A stretch of DNA of 31,776 nt from Trichomonas gallinae (taxonomy: Eukaryota): NCBI GenBank assembly GCA_008369845.1, contig MRSU01009652.1:62001-93776 (forward strand). The letters run 5' to 3'. The notes below the pieces were generated by a model that had not been told where the DNA came from, ran no database searches, and saw nothing but the letters and a program-made list of their open reading frames with translations. The position numbers were made by a program, and so were the translations under genes. Positions 1-10,759 of this stretch are shown here, one piece after another. Within the stretch, counting starts at the first letter, position 1; the number at the start of each line of letters is the position of its first letter.

Positions 1-566
1 TGTATTATTTTCAATCACGGTTCAGTGATCGATAACTTGGTGAATAAATCATATCATGAAGTCTAATAATCACTTTAATAGCTGTTCTAAGAAGAACTCC
101 GTCCTAAGACACATTTGGCAAAATCTTGGATTTGATTTGATCACATAGTGGATTATTCACCTGAACAATGCTATACTATGTCAGTATAATTGGAATTTAG
201 TGTAAAAAATGTAGTTTATGGATAGAATCACCTGCCAAATTAGAATTTAAACTCAACAGCCCATATTCTTAAACCAATGCCCTTCATTAGTATAATAATA
301 TGTGTTAGCATGTTATATAATTCCAAACGTATGAATAAATTTTGATTCAATTAAATTTTCTCATCTGAGAGCTAACTAATCAATATTTAGTATTCATTGC
401 TTATTTTCATCTATTATATTAATGTTATGCCTCATAAAATTGATTTGTTTAGATTCCATAAAAATAATTTTTTTGCAATCAATATTTTTTATTACATCAT
501 TTGGTGAGAAATGAACTGGGAAAGATATTATATAAATTATTTGATTTATTGCCAAAAATAAAAAAA

Positions 567-3500
567 TTACAACTGGTCGAGACCGAAGGTGGAAACTTGT
601 GACTTTCTGATACGTGATCTGAGCTGAGCTGCTGTTCCATAGTTCGTGGTGTTAGTATTGATTGTGTCGTATCTGACGGTGTCGAATGAAACAACTGGTG
701 GCTCGAACGCGTAACCTGTTGGGTTGTCTGTATCTGGATAGAGACCGATCTTGACTTCTTCTGGCTGCGAGACAGGAACAATGATCTCTTCTTCAGGTTC
801 TGCTGGCTTCAGTGGCTCAATTGTTTCTTGAATGATTGGTTTCTCCTCTTGCTTCTCTTGACGAACTTCGTTAGCAAAGATGTGTGTTCTCTCTCTGACC
901 AGGATTCTGTTCAATGGTGTATCGCGTGAGTTCCACCATGCGTTGATTGCGATGATTGGGATTGTAGCCAAAACAGTAGCACCGACTACGGAGAACCAGA
1001 AGAGGGAAGATCCGAATGTTGGAACAGAAAGGCCTCTAATTTCTGTCGCGACTCCCAAGTAGTCCAAAACGATGACAACAAGAGGATAGATGATGGCTGA
1101 GCCCCAGATGAAGAAGTGCTCCATCCACGTCCAGTATGAAGACATCGTAGCGATCTTGAAGTTGACAACGAACACAACACAGCCGTAAACAGTGATGCCG
1201 AATGCGCCATAGCCGAGAGATCTGCCAGATGCGTCAACGAATGGACGCATGCCAAAGTAAGGAATGAAGAAGCAGCAAAGGGCGTGCAAAACACCGATAA
1301 ACAAAGCCTCCCAGTACTTCCAGTATGAAACCATCTCCTTGCGCTTTCCGTCCCACTTGTAGAGCTCCGGCTCTCTCATGCACGTTCTGATAGAAACATC
1401 TCTCTCGAGGCCTGCATAGACGACTGGTGGAGCTGATGTGAAGATGACGTTGAAAATTGAGATAAGCATGGAATCATAGAGTGTCAAAGAAGAGAAATCG
1501 CAGAAGAAGCCGAACAAGAACTGACAGAGTGAGCAGCACATGTTCTTGTAGAATGAATAGTTAATCAGATCAACATTGCGCTTGAAGTTCAATCTGCCGT
1601 GGACGAGCAACAATCTCTTCAAGAACCTGAACTGTGCGAATGAGTAATCTGATGCGAGAACGGCCTGCATACCTTCCTGGCCTGAAATACCGACACCGAT
1701 ATCTGCCTTGAGGATCATACCGACATCATTGGCACCATCACCGATAGCTAATGTCAAAGCGCCTGTGAGATCTCTGACCATTTCGACGACGTTAGCCTTC
1801 TGCTTCGGGGAAACTCTGCAGCAGACGACTGACTGGCATCTCTGAGAGAACTGGAAGAAGAGCTCCTTGAGACCTTTCTCTGGGTCCAACGCGTGGTTGA
1901 GGCTTGTTCCGGATGCTACCAAAGCAACCTGTCCTTGTTCCTGCATGCCGCGCTCGAGTTCCTGTCTGATCTCGTTGACATCGTTTGTATCTAAGATGAC
2001 TAACTTCATATCTGTCGACAAAAGTGAGCAAGCGAAGCCGATGTTGATGGCTGTCTCACGCTTATCGCCTGTGATGACCCAAACCTTGATGCCAGCCTTG
2101 AGAAGAGAGTCAATTGCCTCTGGAACACCGATCTGCAACTTGTCTTCGATGGCTGTAGCACCTAACAAGTTCAAATCGCACTCGACTTCATTAGCGACTT
2201 CATCGATAGCCTGTTCTCTGCCTTCTAACTTGCAGCATGCGTCGTTGTAACGCTTGGCCCATCCGTCGAACCATGTTGGGTCTAATACTTTGTATGCCGC
2301 GCAGAGAGTTCTCAAACCATCGGCAGCGAAGTCCTTGAGGTGCTGCTGTGTGACATCGACGTAATGGGAGTTCTTCGCGAGTCTCGCCATGATCAAGTCA
2401 TCAGCGCCCTTGCAATAGAGAACGATTTCGCCTGTCTCTGGGTGCTTGATGATAACTGATGAGCGCTTTCTCTCTGATGTGAACTCCAAGACGGCCAACA
2501 CTTCAACAACAACGTCGACATCGTTGTGTCTGACTGTGACTGTGCCCGGTGTTCTCGCCTTGAATAGGTATCCGAAGTCTGCTGCAGCTAAAACTAAAGC
2601 GCCTTCATCTGGAGAAGATGCCTGGAAAGCAATTCCGTACTTCTTCTTCTCGTCTGGCTCTGGGATGACAGCGTGGCAGACGGAGAGCATCCAAAGGAAG
2701 TGCTTGATCTCCATTGGAGTGTTTCCTGAAAGTAACTGCATGAATGCTTCATCTTTGAAGGCTTTGCCTGTTGGATCTGGTTTTTCGCATGGAATTCCAC
2801 GGCGCTTGCAGGCAGCATATGCGACTTCTGTTGTGCCGTGTCCGTATTTGCGGCCGGCGATGGAGCACTTCATGAATTCCATTATATTTCTTGTGAGTGT
2901 GCCTGTCTTATCGGAGAAGATGTATTCGACATTGCCGAGGTCTTCTGAAAGGTTGGATGTACGAGAATCTGCGCCTGTCTTTGTTTCAACGTGGTACATT
3001 TCAGCATCCCAAGCAACGAAGCCTGCCTGGAAGAGTCTGACGACTTCGAGGGTGACATAAAGGGAAATTGGAATCATAGCGTTGATAAGGATGATGTAGG
3101 CAATCAAAAGGATGAAGAAACCTGCGATCGCTGGTCGCTTGAAATCCCAGCCTTTGTAGATGTACCAAATCTTTCCGTTCACGACATTCTTCTCGTAAAT
3201 GCAGCCGATGATGCCAGAAACGATGCCGATGCCGATCATAAGAGCGAAAACAGAAATTAACTTCATGTTGAGTCCGCGCTCGAGCGAGGAAACTTTGGAG
3301 CGAGCGGCAGAGGAGTTCATCATGAGCTTGGATTCAAGGCCAGTGTAAACAACAACGCCAATCATCCAACCAGTATTGCGAAGAATGCAGCCACGAAGTA
3401 AAACTTGCTTGTTTTCAAGAGGAATAGTTTGACCTTGGAATTCGAAGAAGCCATTGAACGTGTAAAGCAGGTTATTTGGTTCATCGCAGACAATTGTTGT

Positions 3501-4073
3501 CATGAAATTGGCAGCCGATGCTGCGTCAACGACATGCTTCGTATGTGGCATAGCTTGGCGGACTTTTAAGTTCGTTTCGCCATCAAGATTGCAAGTATCG
3601 ATATAAGCTAAACCATCTGGTTCACTTGTGGCGAGCATAACGATATCAGCTGGAACTTGTTCGTTCTTTGTCATGTAAATAACATCTCCAACAAGGATAT
3701 CTTTCCACTTCACTTCAACGAATTGGAAACCACGAAGTACGTGCGCAGTGGAATTGTTAATCTTTTTATCACTGAAACCGCGCTTGATGTCTTCCCAAGC
3801 TTCACGAATAGCAGAGATTGAAACCACAATCACAAGTGGAACAATAGCTGGACCTGCTTCGAGAGGAGCCCACGGGAAAACGTATAGGATAATAGAAATA
3901 AGGAGGAAGTAAAAGTTTGCTATTCTACGGAATTGTTCGAATAAATTTTTCGGTAGGAAATTCCAAAATGTGTATTTTGTTGTTGTGATGGCATTATCCA
4001 TGAATAATGGCTTGCCCTTCTCATTTCTCGTCTTATGAACGACCACAGAACGACCTGTCTGTTGTTCAGTCAT
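567..4073 (-). CDS. P4-type ATPase (phospholipid-translocating flippase), Drs2/ATP8A-like, 1168 aa
   Basis: DKTGTLT phosphorylation motif, A-domain NLDGETNLK, P4-specific TM4 PISL (MIPISLYVTLE), ASSPDEGAL, ITGDKRETA, AIGDGANDVGMI, N-terminal TTKYTFWNFLPKNLFEQF, C-terminal TM cluster and a GYAF tail motif. Confidence 0.97.
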   Translation of the reverse strand: MTEQQTGRSVVVHKTRNEKGKPLFMDNAITTTKYTFWNFLPKNLFEQFRRIANFYFLLISIILYVFPWAPLEAGPAIVPLVIVVSISAIREAWEDIKRGFSDKKINNSTAHVLRGFQFVEVKWKDILVGDVIYMTKNEQVPADIVMLATSEPDGLAYIDTCNLDGETNLKVRQAMPHTKHVVDAASAANFMTTIVCDEPNNLLYTFNGFFEFQGQTIPLENKQVLLRGCILRNTGWMIGVVVYTGLESKLMMNSSAARSKVSSLERGLNMKLISVFALMIGIGIVSGIIGCIYEKNVVNGKIWYIYKGWDFKRPAIAGFFILLIAYIILINAMIPISLYVTLEVVRLFQAGFVAWDAEMYHVETKTGADSRTSNLSEDLGNVEYIFSDKTGTLTRNIMEFMKCSIAGRKYGHGTTEVAYAACKRRGIPCEKPDPTGKAFKDEAFMQLLSGNTPMEIKHFLWMLSVCHAVIPEPDEKKKYGIAFQASSPDEGALVLAAADFGYLFKARTPGTVTVRHNDVDVVVEVLAVLEFTSERKRSSVIIKHPETGEIVLYCKGADDLIMARLAKNSHYVDVTQQHLKDFAADGLRTLCAAYKVLDPTWFDGWAKRYNDACCKLEGREQAIDEVANEVECDLNLLGATAIEDKLQIGVPEAIDSLLKAGIKVWVITGDKRETAINIGFACSLLSTDMKLVILDTNDVNEIRQELERGMQEQGQVALVASGTSLNHALDPEKGLKELFFQFSQRCQSVVCCRVSPKQKANVVEMVRDLTGALTLAIGDGANDVGMILKADIGVGISGQEGMQAVLASDYSFAQFRFLKRLLLVHGRLNFKRNVDLINYSFYKNMCCSLCQFLFGFFCDFSSLTLYDSMLISIFNVIFTSAPPVVYAGLERDVSIRTCMREPELYKWDGKRKEMVSYWKYWEALFIGVLHALCCFFIPYFGMRPFVDASGRSLGYGAFGITVYGCVVFVVNFKIATMSSYWTWMEHFFIWGSAIIYPLVVIVLDYLGVATEIRGLSVPTFGSSLFWFSVVGATVLATIPIIAINAWWNSRDTPLNRILVRERTHIFANEVRQEKQEEKPIIQETIEPLKPAEPEEEIIVPVSQPEEVKIGLYPDTDNPTGYAFEPPVVSFDTVRYDTINTNTTNYGTAAQLRSRIRKSQVSTFGLDQL

Positions 4074-4566
4074 CGACGATTATTTATTTTTATCTTATTT
4101 TTTCAGATCCGGATTTTTTTTTCACCGTTGTTCACTTTTTTAAGATTTACCTTTTGACTCCATTTGCAGCCACACATCGATTTTTATCGTTTATTCGCTA
4201 TTTCTGAAAAATAAAATGCGATTTTCTCGCCAATTATTGGGAGATACGCAATGTTTCTACGAGACAATTTTTTCTGATCCATAATAGAATCCATTTCATT
4301 ATTTATTTTGTTCTAAAATTTTACCCTTTCATGAATTTTCGGAAAATGAATATAAAAATATACAATTTTACTTTTATCATTTTTCTTTTCTCTTAAAAAT
4401 CAATTTTTTGAACTTATATATTTTGATCAGCTGGAGAATATATATCGATTTTGAAGTCAAATTGGGGGTTGGGAAGCGAAATTCGATATATCATATTGAA
4501 AAAAATGTAAGAAAAATGGAAAGATTTCATAATCAATCTAAATTTTAAAACACACAGAACAAAATA

Positions 4567-5964
4567 TTACTGAGAAGCAGACGGAGGGTCGTCTTTCGTA
4601 AATAAGCTTGGATCTGGAACGCCAACTTCATCAAATAAGCCGTAAATCTTCATATCCTTATTACCCCTGACAATTCCTATCGCGACTTTAGCGTGATTCA
4701 CCAAGTCTGATGAACCAATCTTTTTCGCAACTTCGAGCGCTTCTAAATAGAACTTCTCCGCGCGCTCGAAATCGCCGTAGAAACAGTTTAATTTGCCGTT
4801 TGATATCAAAGCGTTGTATGCTGTACTTAAATCGCCTTGTTCTTGCGAAATTCTTGCATCCTGGCTGTAATATTGCTCTTCAGCGTCTATCTGGCGGCGT
4901 CCGATATCTGTTTTCTTGAGTCTATCACCGAAAGCTAGCTGGCTAAGCTGAGTAGCTCCAATATCGTTGACTAACGATTCTCTCTCAGCTAATATGAGCT
5001 CGTCTTTGAGCGCACCTCTTATTTTCTCGATCTGTTCGTAAAATGGCGAGTCCTCAGCCTCATTCATCTCAGTTGCTGTGTCTAGAGCCGCCTGATAGAA
5101 TTCAACTGATCTGGCATTATCGCCTTTCGCCCTGTAGATAAGCGCAATGTTACAGTTTGCTGCAATAGTTTCAAACATTGAACGCGAAAATGAAAGATGT
5201 CGCATATTCCATTCGATAGCTTCTTCGAACATATTCATAAGCTGATAGTTAACTGCAATTCTGTTAAATACGAGGGGATCCGCGTCGGCACCCAGTGTCT
5301 GAAGATATTTCATGTAATATTCGTTTGCTTTCTTTAAATGGCCTTCGCTCTCATAAAGAAGGCCAATATTGAAATAAGCGGATGATTCATCTTTGATATT
5401 GCGAGATCTGAGAGATGCTTGGACGAGTAATTGAAGATCGCGTAGAGTTTTCTTTGTATCTGGATTTGAGACTCCTTGATTGAGTCTGAGCGGCTGCAAA
5501 CCATCAAAATCGATTGATACAACAGATGGCTTAACAGCTTCGTTGACAGCAAATGGTCCTTCCGCTACAATTCTTTGCGGGTTCTGTAATAACGAAGGTC
5601 TTGGATGGTTAGAATCGTTAACGCTTAACGCAGAGAATCTTGCTGGATTTTGTGGAACGCATAGTTGGAATTTTTCGACGTCATATTGAGGGTCGTTTTT
5701 AATTATTCTTGTATTCGTTTCTTTCACTTCTACCATTTTCTTTGCTTTCTTAGCTTCCTTAGCGCGGTTCAGTTCAGCCATGTGTGCATCAATCTGCCTT
5801 GCAACTGCAGGAGGCACGCAATTTGGACCAAAATCTGGGGGAGCGGAGAAAGCAGCGGGGGAGGGATAGTAACCAATGGTTTTCTTCTCCTTTGTCTGTC
5901 GTAATGATGAATTATTACCTTTTGTTGACGATTTTAATTTAGGAGAAACAATCGGTCTACTCAT
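4567..5964 (-). CDS. Tetratricopeptide-repeat protein, possibly TTC29-like (axonemal), 465 aa
   Basis: TPR-like helical pairs (SAYFNIGLLYESEGHLKKANEYY, AANCNIALIYRAKGDNARSVEFYQAAL, GDFERAEKFYLEALEVA) after a low-complexity N-terminus. The C-terminal AKVAIGIVRGN recalls the TTC29/p44 C-terminus; the orthology is an inference. Confidence 0.75.
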   Translation of the reverse strand: MSRPIVSPKLKSSTKGNNSSLRQTKEKKTIGYYPSPAAFSAPPDFGPNCVPPAVARQIDAHMAELNRAKEAKKAKKMVEVKETNTRIIKNDPQYDVEKFQLCVPQNPARFSALSVNDSNHPRPSLLQNPQRIVAEGPFAVNEAVKPSVVSIDFDGLQPLRLNQGVSNPDTKKTLRDLQLLVQASLRSRNIKDESSAYFNIGLLYESEGHLKKANEYYMKYLQTLGADADPLVFNRIAVNYQLMNMFEEAIEWNMRHLSFSRSMFETIAANCNIALIYRAKGDNARSVEFYQAALDTATEMNEAEDSPFYEQIEKIRGALKDELILAERESLVNDIGATQLSQLAFGDRLKKTDIGRRQIDAEEQYYSQDARISQEQGDLSTAYNALISNGKLNCFYGDFERAEKFYLEALEVAKKIGSSDLVNHAKVAIGIVRGNKDMKIYGLFDEVGVPDPSLFTKDDPPSASQ

Positions 5965-6349
5965 TAGATTCGTTATTTTAGAAAAACCGCATTTTTTATT
6001 TTAGGGGGAGACTCCAAATATAATTTGAAAAGTGACTTTTTTTTTTGAGAAAATATAGGGGGAGACCTTAAATGTTTGTATTATTCAATGTGAAAATATA
6101 TCTTATCATACGAAGGGAATTTAATAGATAATAGTGTACAACTAGCATGTTTGTATCATACCACAAGTCCGCCCATTTTGTTATCACACAGGGAGAAACA
6201 CGGGTTTTAAATGGAATTATTAATTTAGGGGGATAATCCAAAAGTGGTTATGTTCGTTATTTTCAAGATTGAAAAGCTTATGTCACTTTTGGAAATTATT
6301 AATTTTGGGGGAGCCACCAAAATCGGTTTTTAATCGTTATTTTTTATTC
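5965..6349. promoter_or_regulatory. Divergent (bidirectional) promoter region with four GGGGGAnnnnYYAAA motifs and three TCGTTATTTT motifs
   Basis: Head-to-head genes with ATGs at 5964 (-) and 6350 (+). G5 motifs at 6004, 6058, 6228, 6307; TCGTTATTTT at 5970, 6254, 6334; AAAGTGAC at 6029 and its reverse complement at 6282. Confidence 0.6.
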
Positions 6350-6727
6350 ATGCAGATTAATATTAGATTTAACGATCAGAATAAACCAATCAACATCAAC
6401 TGCAAATGTGGTGTCATATTGGAGCATATTAGGAAGTGCGCAAATCTTGATGCTTCGTTATTACTCGATTTGAGTGATAAAGATGGAAACGTTAAACTTT
6501 TACGTCCAAACTTAACAACATATGCAACACAGTTCTTAAGTGCCGGTGAAACATACTATTTAGTCAGTGCAACAGAAGACCCAAAGCAGTATACTTACAA
6601 ATTACTCGCAACTTTGACTCCCGAAGAAGGAACATTCGAAATCAAACCAACCAAACCAGATAAGAAGGATGTTGCTAAGAAACCACCGCCAAAGCCAGCT
6701 TCTCGTGCGAAGAAACCAGGAAAATAA
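6350..6727 (+). CDS. Small conserved protein, CXorf65/C22orf15-like, with a Lys/Pro-rich tail (125 aa)
   Basis: The ORF track starts at a TTG (6269); the first ATG is 6350, preceded by TTTTATTC. MQINIRFNDQNKPININCKCGVILEHIRKCA...LDLSDKDGNVKLL resembles the N-terminal pattern of CXorf65/C22orf15 proteins (recalled, not searched). Confidence 0.6.
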   Translation: MQINIRFNDQNKPININCKCGVILEHIRKCANLDASLLLDLSDKDGNVKLLRPNLTTYATQFLSAGETYYLVSATEDPKQYTYKLLATLTPEEGTFEIKPTKPDKKDVAKKPPPKPASRAKKPGK

Positions 6728-7183
6728 GAAATATCTCAGCGGTGTTCTTCATATCTTCGATTCTCTCGACCCACTTACTATTATGTTATGTATAATGATC
6801 CGATTTTGTCTAAGATTGTTTAAATAAAATTTAAACCTTTTAATTAGACAGTTTACATATTTTGAATCACTTGTCTAGCCCTTATATATCGAAATGGAAA
6901 TAATTATTTTTTCAAATCGCCTGATAAATTATTTTATATTTAATTTTTCGCGTGATTAACGGAACAAGACAACATTGACGTGTTTTAGTGAATGCAAAGC
7001 TTAGGAACTCATGTTCCATATAGCTGTTTAAAGATTAATCGAATGTGTAGACATTTGAGAATCCATTTATTGATATGTAAAATAATATGTACGCTTTGTA
7101 TGGGAAACATAGCAAAAAGAAAATCGCAAAATGTAACGAAGCCTCCGATAAATAATTTTTTATTATTGAATCCATTGCTGGGA

Positions 7184-9640
7184 ATGGATTTAGTTCAGTT
7201 AGAACAGACCATTCTCAGCAACCAGAAGGACGGAAGTTTCGCCGTCGAGCTGAACGAGTGGGTGAGAACTCCGGAAAGCTTAAATCATTCGATTGAATTA
7301 ATTCGAAATTCAAAGCACGACTATGTTGTGTTTGTTGGCACAGTATGTCTGCGTACTAAGCTCAAAGAGCTTCTGCAGACACTAGATGCCGAAACAATTG
7401 AAAATATTTTCTCATTTTTGATCGAAAAATTAACAAGTCCAGAGTTATACAATAATGAGAAGACAACATTACAGATATTGAACTCTTTAGCAGTTATAGC
7501 ATCAGGCCAGCTCGACTATATGGACCAACTTTCGTTTTTACCTAAAGAGTATCAGATTCCATTTTTCCAATTTTGCTTCGAGCTTCTTGAAAACCCCAAT
7601 TACTTCAACTACAATAACCTGTCAGCTAAACTAGAGACAATGGTGGGCTATTTCATTGAGTTATTGGAAGGCGCGCCCGTTACTGTAGAATGGTTCAGAT
7701 TCCATACATCAGTTATGCAACATACGACGTTTGACGTGTTCAGCGGTATATTCCCCAGGGTTGTTGAAGCGGCTAAAGATCCACATTTTTATCCTTCAAT
7801 TGCGGACATTTTTGAGTACATAATGCAGAGTGTTTCGTATACAAATCTGCAATCAGAAGAGATTTCCTACGTAGAAAATCTTCTTCTTTTAGTTTTTGAC
7901 ATCGCAGATCAAAATGTTGCTGATAACCCGAAGAATGACGCTTTTTCATTTTCAGCACACATATATGAACAAAGTCTCGACTATCTTCCTGATTTCTACG
8001 CAATTCCTGAGCATTTGGAATTTACAACAGCGTTTTTCGGGCGTGTTCTGAATTTACTTCAGAAACTCATAATTCCGGGCCTTGAAGGTGAGCTTTTTAC
8101 ACTTCTCGAGTTCATTTCAGAATTCATTTGCTGTTCTATTATTCATTTTCATAATTTATACCAAGGTTTCATCTCACAGCCTTTCCAAGATTTAATTACA
8201 CATACACTCACATTTATGATAGAATTAGTTAATACAGGCGAAGAACGATTTTTGACCCCATCATTTGAGCGAATTTTCTTCTTAATTACGAACGAAGAAT
8301 ATAGCTTATTCATGAAATTCTTCTATATGCATCTCAATGATCCTTCGCCTGGCGTTTTTTACGCTATTGCAAATTCATCAGAAGCAGTTCGTCGAATGTT
8401 TTCAACAACTGCTTCCCAGAAACTTGTATCACTTGATCCACCACCATTTACGATCGTCTACTTCTGCAGAACTTGCACGTTATATGCATCTGAATGCGCT
8501 GCTGTTCTCCTCGAGAAAATGTTCTTGTATTCAGAAGCACTTCCACTTCAGGTTGCTATAACATGTGCAGCTGTTGCTAGAAACTTCTGGCGAGAGTTTG
8601 CCGTAAATGCGGATAAATTAATTAGTCCAATGCTTGCGATGTTTTCTGACTGCACAGCAGCTGTATCTTGCCAGCTCTTGAAGGCCCTATTCTCAATTTT
8701 CCCTAACGTTGAACCTACAGAGAACGTTGTTCAAGTTATGGGTGTTTTAGAGACAGCTTTGGAGTCTGCGCTTAAGATTGAGCTCGAAAACGACAACTAT
8801 GAACAGAATCTCGATTTCATTTGCACGATTATTGAAGGTGTTCCAAAGATTCAAATTAACGAATGGTACAAGGAGTATTTTTACAACATTTTTGACCAAA
8901 TATATCCTCTATTGACAGAATACTTCGCAGAAATGGATCCAAATGTCCAAAGTCCGCTTGCTAGATTTATGGGCAAAGCGCTTGGCCATAACTGGTGCAA
9001 TCCAGATGTTTACGGTGAAGCTATCTTACAGTGGCTTCAAGAGGTTATACCAAATAACCTTACAACAGAGCATTTCCGGGTACTTTTGTATGTTACTAAA
9101 TTTGCGGATCCAGAGTTCATCGATTTTTGCCTCAAGGCGATATTAGAGAGCTCACAGAAGGACAACATTAAGGATTCCATCGAGTTCTGCCTTAAGCTTG
9201 TTAAGCTTAATCCAGATTATCTTCAAATCGTCTTAAACTACATTCTTCCTATAATCACCAATGAGCCACAGGAATTTGTTCTCGTCAAAGCGATCTCCAT
9301 TCTCGGCGACATTATCATGGTCAAAGATATCGATCTTAGCGAATTCGCTGCTAGCATCATTACCAACGTAATTGCGGCATCATTTAGCGTTGTTGTGAGT
9401 ACCACTGATCAGGCCTCAATTACATTGACGATTATCACTTGTGTGATGATCTTGCTGAGGCTCGGCAAGTACATCCCTAAGCAAGATATAGCAACCGAGA
9501 TCGTCGCCGCAGCAGGAAATACTCCAGACGCGAATGAGTTCGCTGAAATATTCCTCAAAGTCGATGAGATCAAGCAGTTAGAAGAACCTGCATACAAGAT
9601 GTACGGTGCTTACAAGAGACTCATGCAGGAATCCATGTGA
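7184..9640 (+). CDS. ARM/HEAT-repeat protein, importin-beta superfamily-like (transportin-SR/importin-13-like), ~818 aa
   Basis: Long, acidic, Leu-rich, all-helical-looking ORF. N-terminal ELNEWVRTPESLNHSIELIRNS...VVFVGTVCLRTKLKE resembles an importin-beta N-terminal domain. ATG 7184 is preferred because the 64 upstream codons from 6992 look like AT-rich intergenic sequence. Confidence 0.6.
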   Translation: MDLVQLEQTILSNQKDGSFAVELNEWVRTPESLNHSIELIRNSKHDYVVFVGTVCLRTKLKELLQTLDAETIENIFSFLIEKLTSPELYNNEKTTLQILNSLAVIASGQLDYMDQLSFLPKEYQIPFFQFCFELLENPNYFNYNNLSAKLETMVGYFIELLEGAPVTVEWFRFHTSVMQHTTFDVFSGIFPRVVEAAKDPHFYPSIADIFEYIMQSVSYTNLQSEEISYVENLLLLVFDIADQNVADNPKNDAFSFSAHIYEQSLDYLPDFYAIPEHLEFTTAFFGRVLNLLQKLIIPGLEGELFTLLEFISEFICCSIIHFHNLYQGFISQPFQDLITHTLTFMIELVNTGEERFLTPSFERIFFLITNEEYSLFMKFFYMHLNDPSPGVFYAIANSSEAVRRMFSTTASQKLVSLDPPPFTIVYFCRTCTLYASECAAVLLEKMFLYSEALPLQVAITCAAVARNFWREFAVNADKLISPMLAMFSDCTAAVSCQLLKALFSIFPNVEPTENVVQVMGVLETALESALKIELENDNYEQNLDFICTIIEGVPKIQINEWYKEYFYNIFDQIYPLLTEYFAEMDPNVQSPLARFMGKALGHNWCNPDVYGEAILQWLQEVIPNNLTTEHFRVLLYVTKFADPEFIDFCLKAILESSQKDNIKDSIEFCLKLVKLNPDYLQIVLNYILPIITNEPQEFVLVKAISILGDIIMVKDIDLSEFAASIITNVIAASFSVVVSTTDQASITLTIITCVMILLRLGKYIPKQDIATEIVAAAGNTPDANEFAEIFLKVDEIKQLEEPAYKMYGAYKRLMQESM

Positions 9641-10068
9641 TATTATTATATATTTTATTTGTTTTCATTCAGTTTTATTAAAAGATTTTTCTCTTTTCGT
9701 TTAAATATTTAAAACGAATTTCACAGATTTAGTCAAAATATATTATTTCATGCATATATGATATGAGACATTATGATACAGAATATGAGGGAAAATATGT
9801 ATTTGAATCTTATTGTTAACATGATATGAATATAATACCATGATACCTTGTCAAATATCTTATTTTTGCTGAAATATTATTGGGAAGCAGTTAAATCACA
9901 TTCAGAAAATAATTTTATTCTGGTAGTGTTTGATGATGGCTCAACAATAGACGATTTAAATTAAATAATTTGATAATGAATTAAATTTGTTGCGTTTTCA
10001 TCACACAAGAAAGCAAATATAAGATCTTTAGGTAGCAGACAACAATGCTATAATGTTACAAAGTCTTA

Positions 10069-10759
10069 ATGGATCTGATGGAAGAAATCATTCAAAACCT
10101 GATCGGCACATCAATTCAAATGGATTTCATGGGTTCTTTGATTTATTCATCATTCAACTTTGTTAAGCGGGCCCCTGCTAAGAGAATCCATGCTGAATCA
10201 GAGTTGCCTGTGAAAACCAATCAAAAGCAACAAGTTAATATCGATGAACAATTGAAATCATGTTTTATTGATAGTTTTCGAGACTTAATAGATTATAGTA
10301 TACCATATCTGGAACCTACAGATCCAGACTACAAAGAATTCGCTGGAGATCCAAAAATGCCATTGTATGCAGCGGTGTCAAAAATTGTGAAGGCAACAGA
10401 TTTTGAATGGGCAACATTCCCGGGTGCCATAGTACTAATAAGGAAGATTGTATCATCTCCTGATAAAAAAATAAGTGTTAATAATATGCAAAGATTATTA
10501 CTTGTTTCTTTGCTGATAGCAAACAAGTTTATAGAGGATATACCTGCTAGTAATTACGATTTCGCACAAGCATTAGGCTTTAGTGAAGTACATTTTATTT
10601 TCTAACAATCAGGAATCAGTTCAAAGTTTTGAACTCGAATTTATGGAGTGTATAAACTACAACCCTTATATCTCTCGTGAAGATATAGAAAAAGTACTCA
10701 AAGAATGGAATTTAAGTATTTCAAACGTTATAAGTGCAAAACAAACTCCTCGAGTATGA
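10069..10759 (+). CDS. Cyclin (Pho80/Pcl/cyclin-Y-like cyclin box), two exons 10069-10587 and 10613-10759, ~221 aa
   Basis: NMQRLLLVSLLIANKFIEDIPASNYDFA is a Pho80-type cyclin-box segment. Removing the 25-nt intron 10588-10612 continues in frame as ESVQSFELEFMECINYNPYISRE... to TGA at 10757-10759, supplying the expected 'ELEF..L.Y' helix. The start could alternatively be a downstream ATG. Confidence 0.85.
10588..10612 (+). other. 25-nt spliceosomal intron (trichomonad short type)
   Basis: GTACATTTTATTTTCTAACAATCAG: GT donor, TCTAAC branch site juxtaposed to a CAG acceptor, contains the in-frame TAA that ends the ORF-track call; phase-0 splicing restores the cyclin box. Confidence 0.85.

Noticed and set aside
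1..360. Possible pseudogene fragment on the minus strand at the window start
   Set aside because: Only short stop-interrupted frames with no recognisable homology.
6269..7183. N-terminal extensions in the ORF track (6269, 6992; likewise 27801 and 30698)
   Set aside because: TTG starts or AT-rich promoter-like sequence; downstream ATGs give more plausible N-termini.
10069..10605. Truncated cyclin or pseudogene as called by the ORF track
   Set aside because: The stop lies within a well-formed 25-nt intron whose removal restores the domain.
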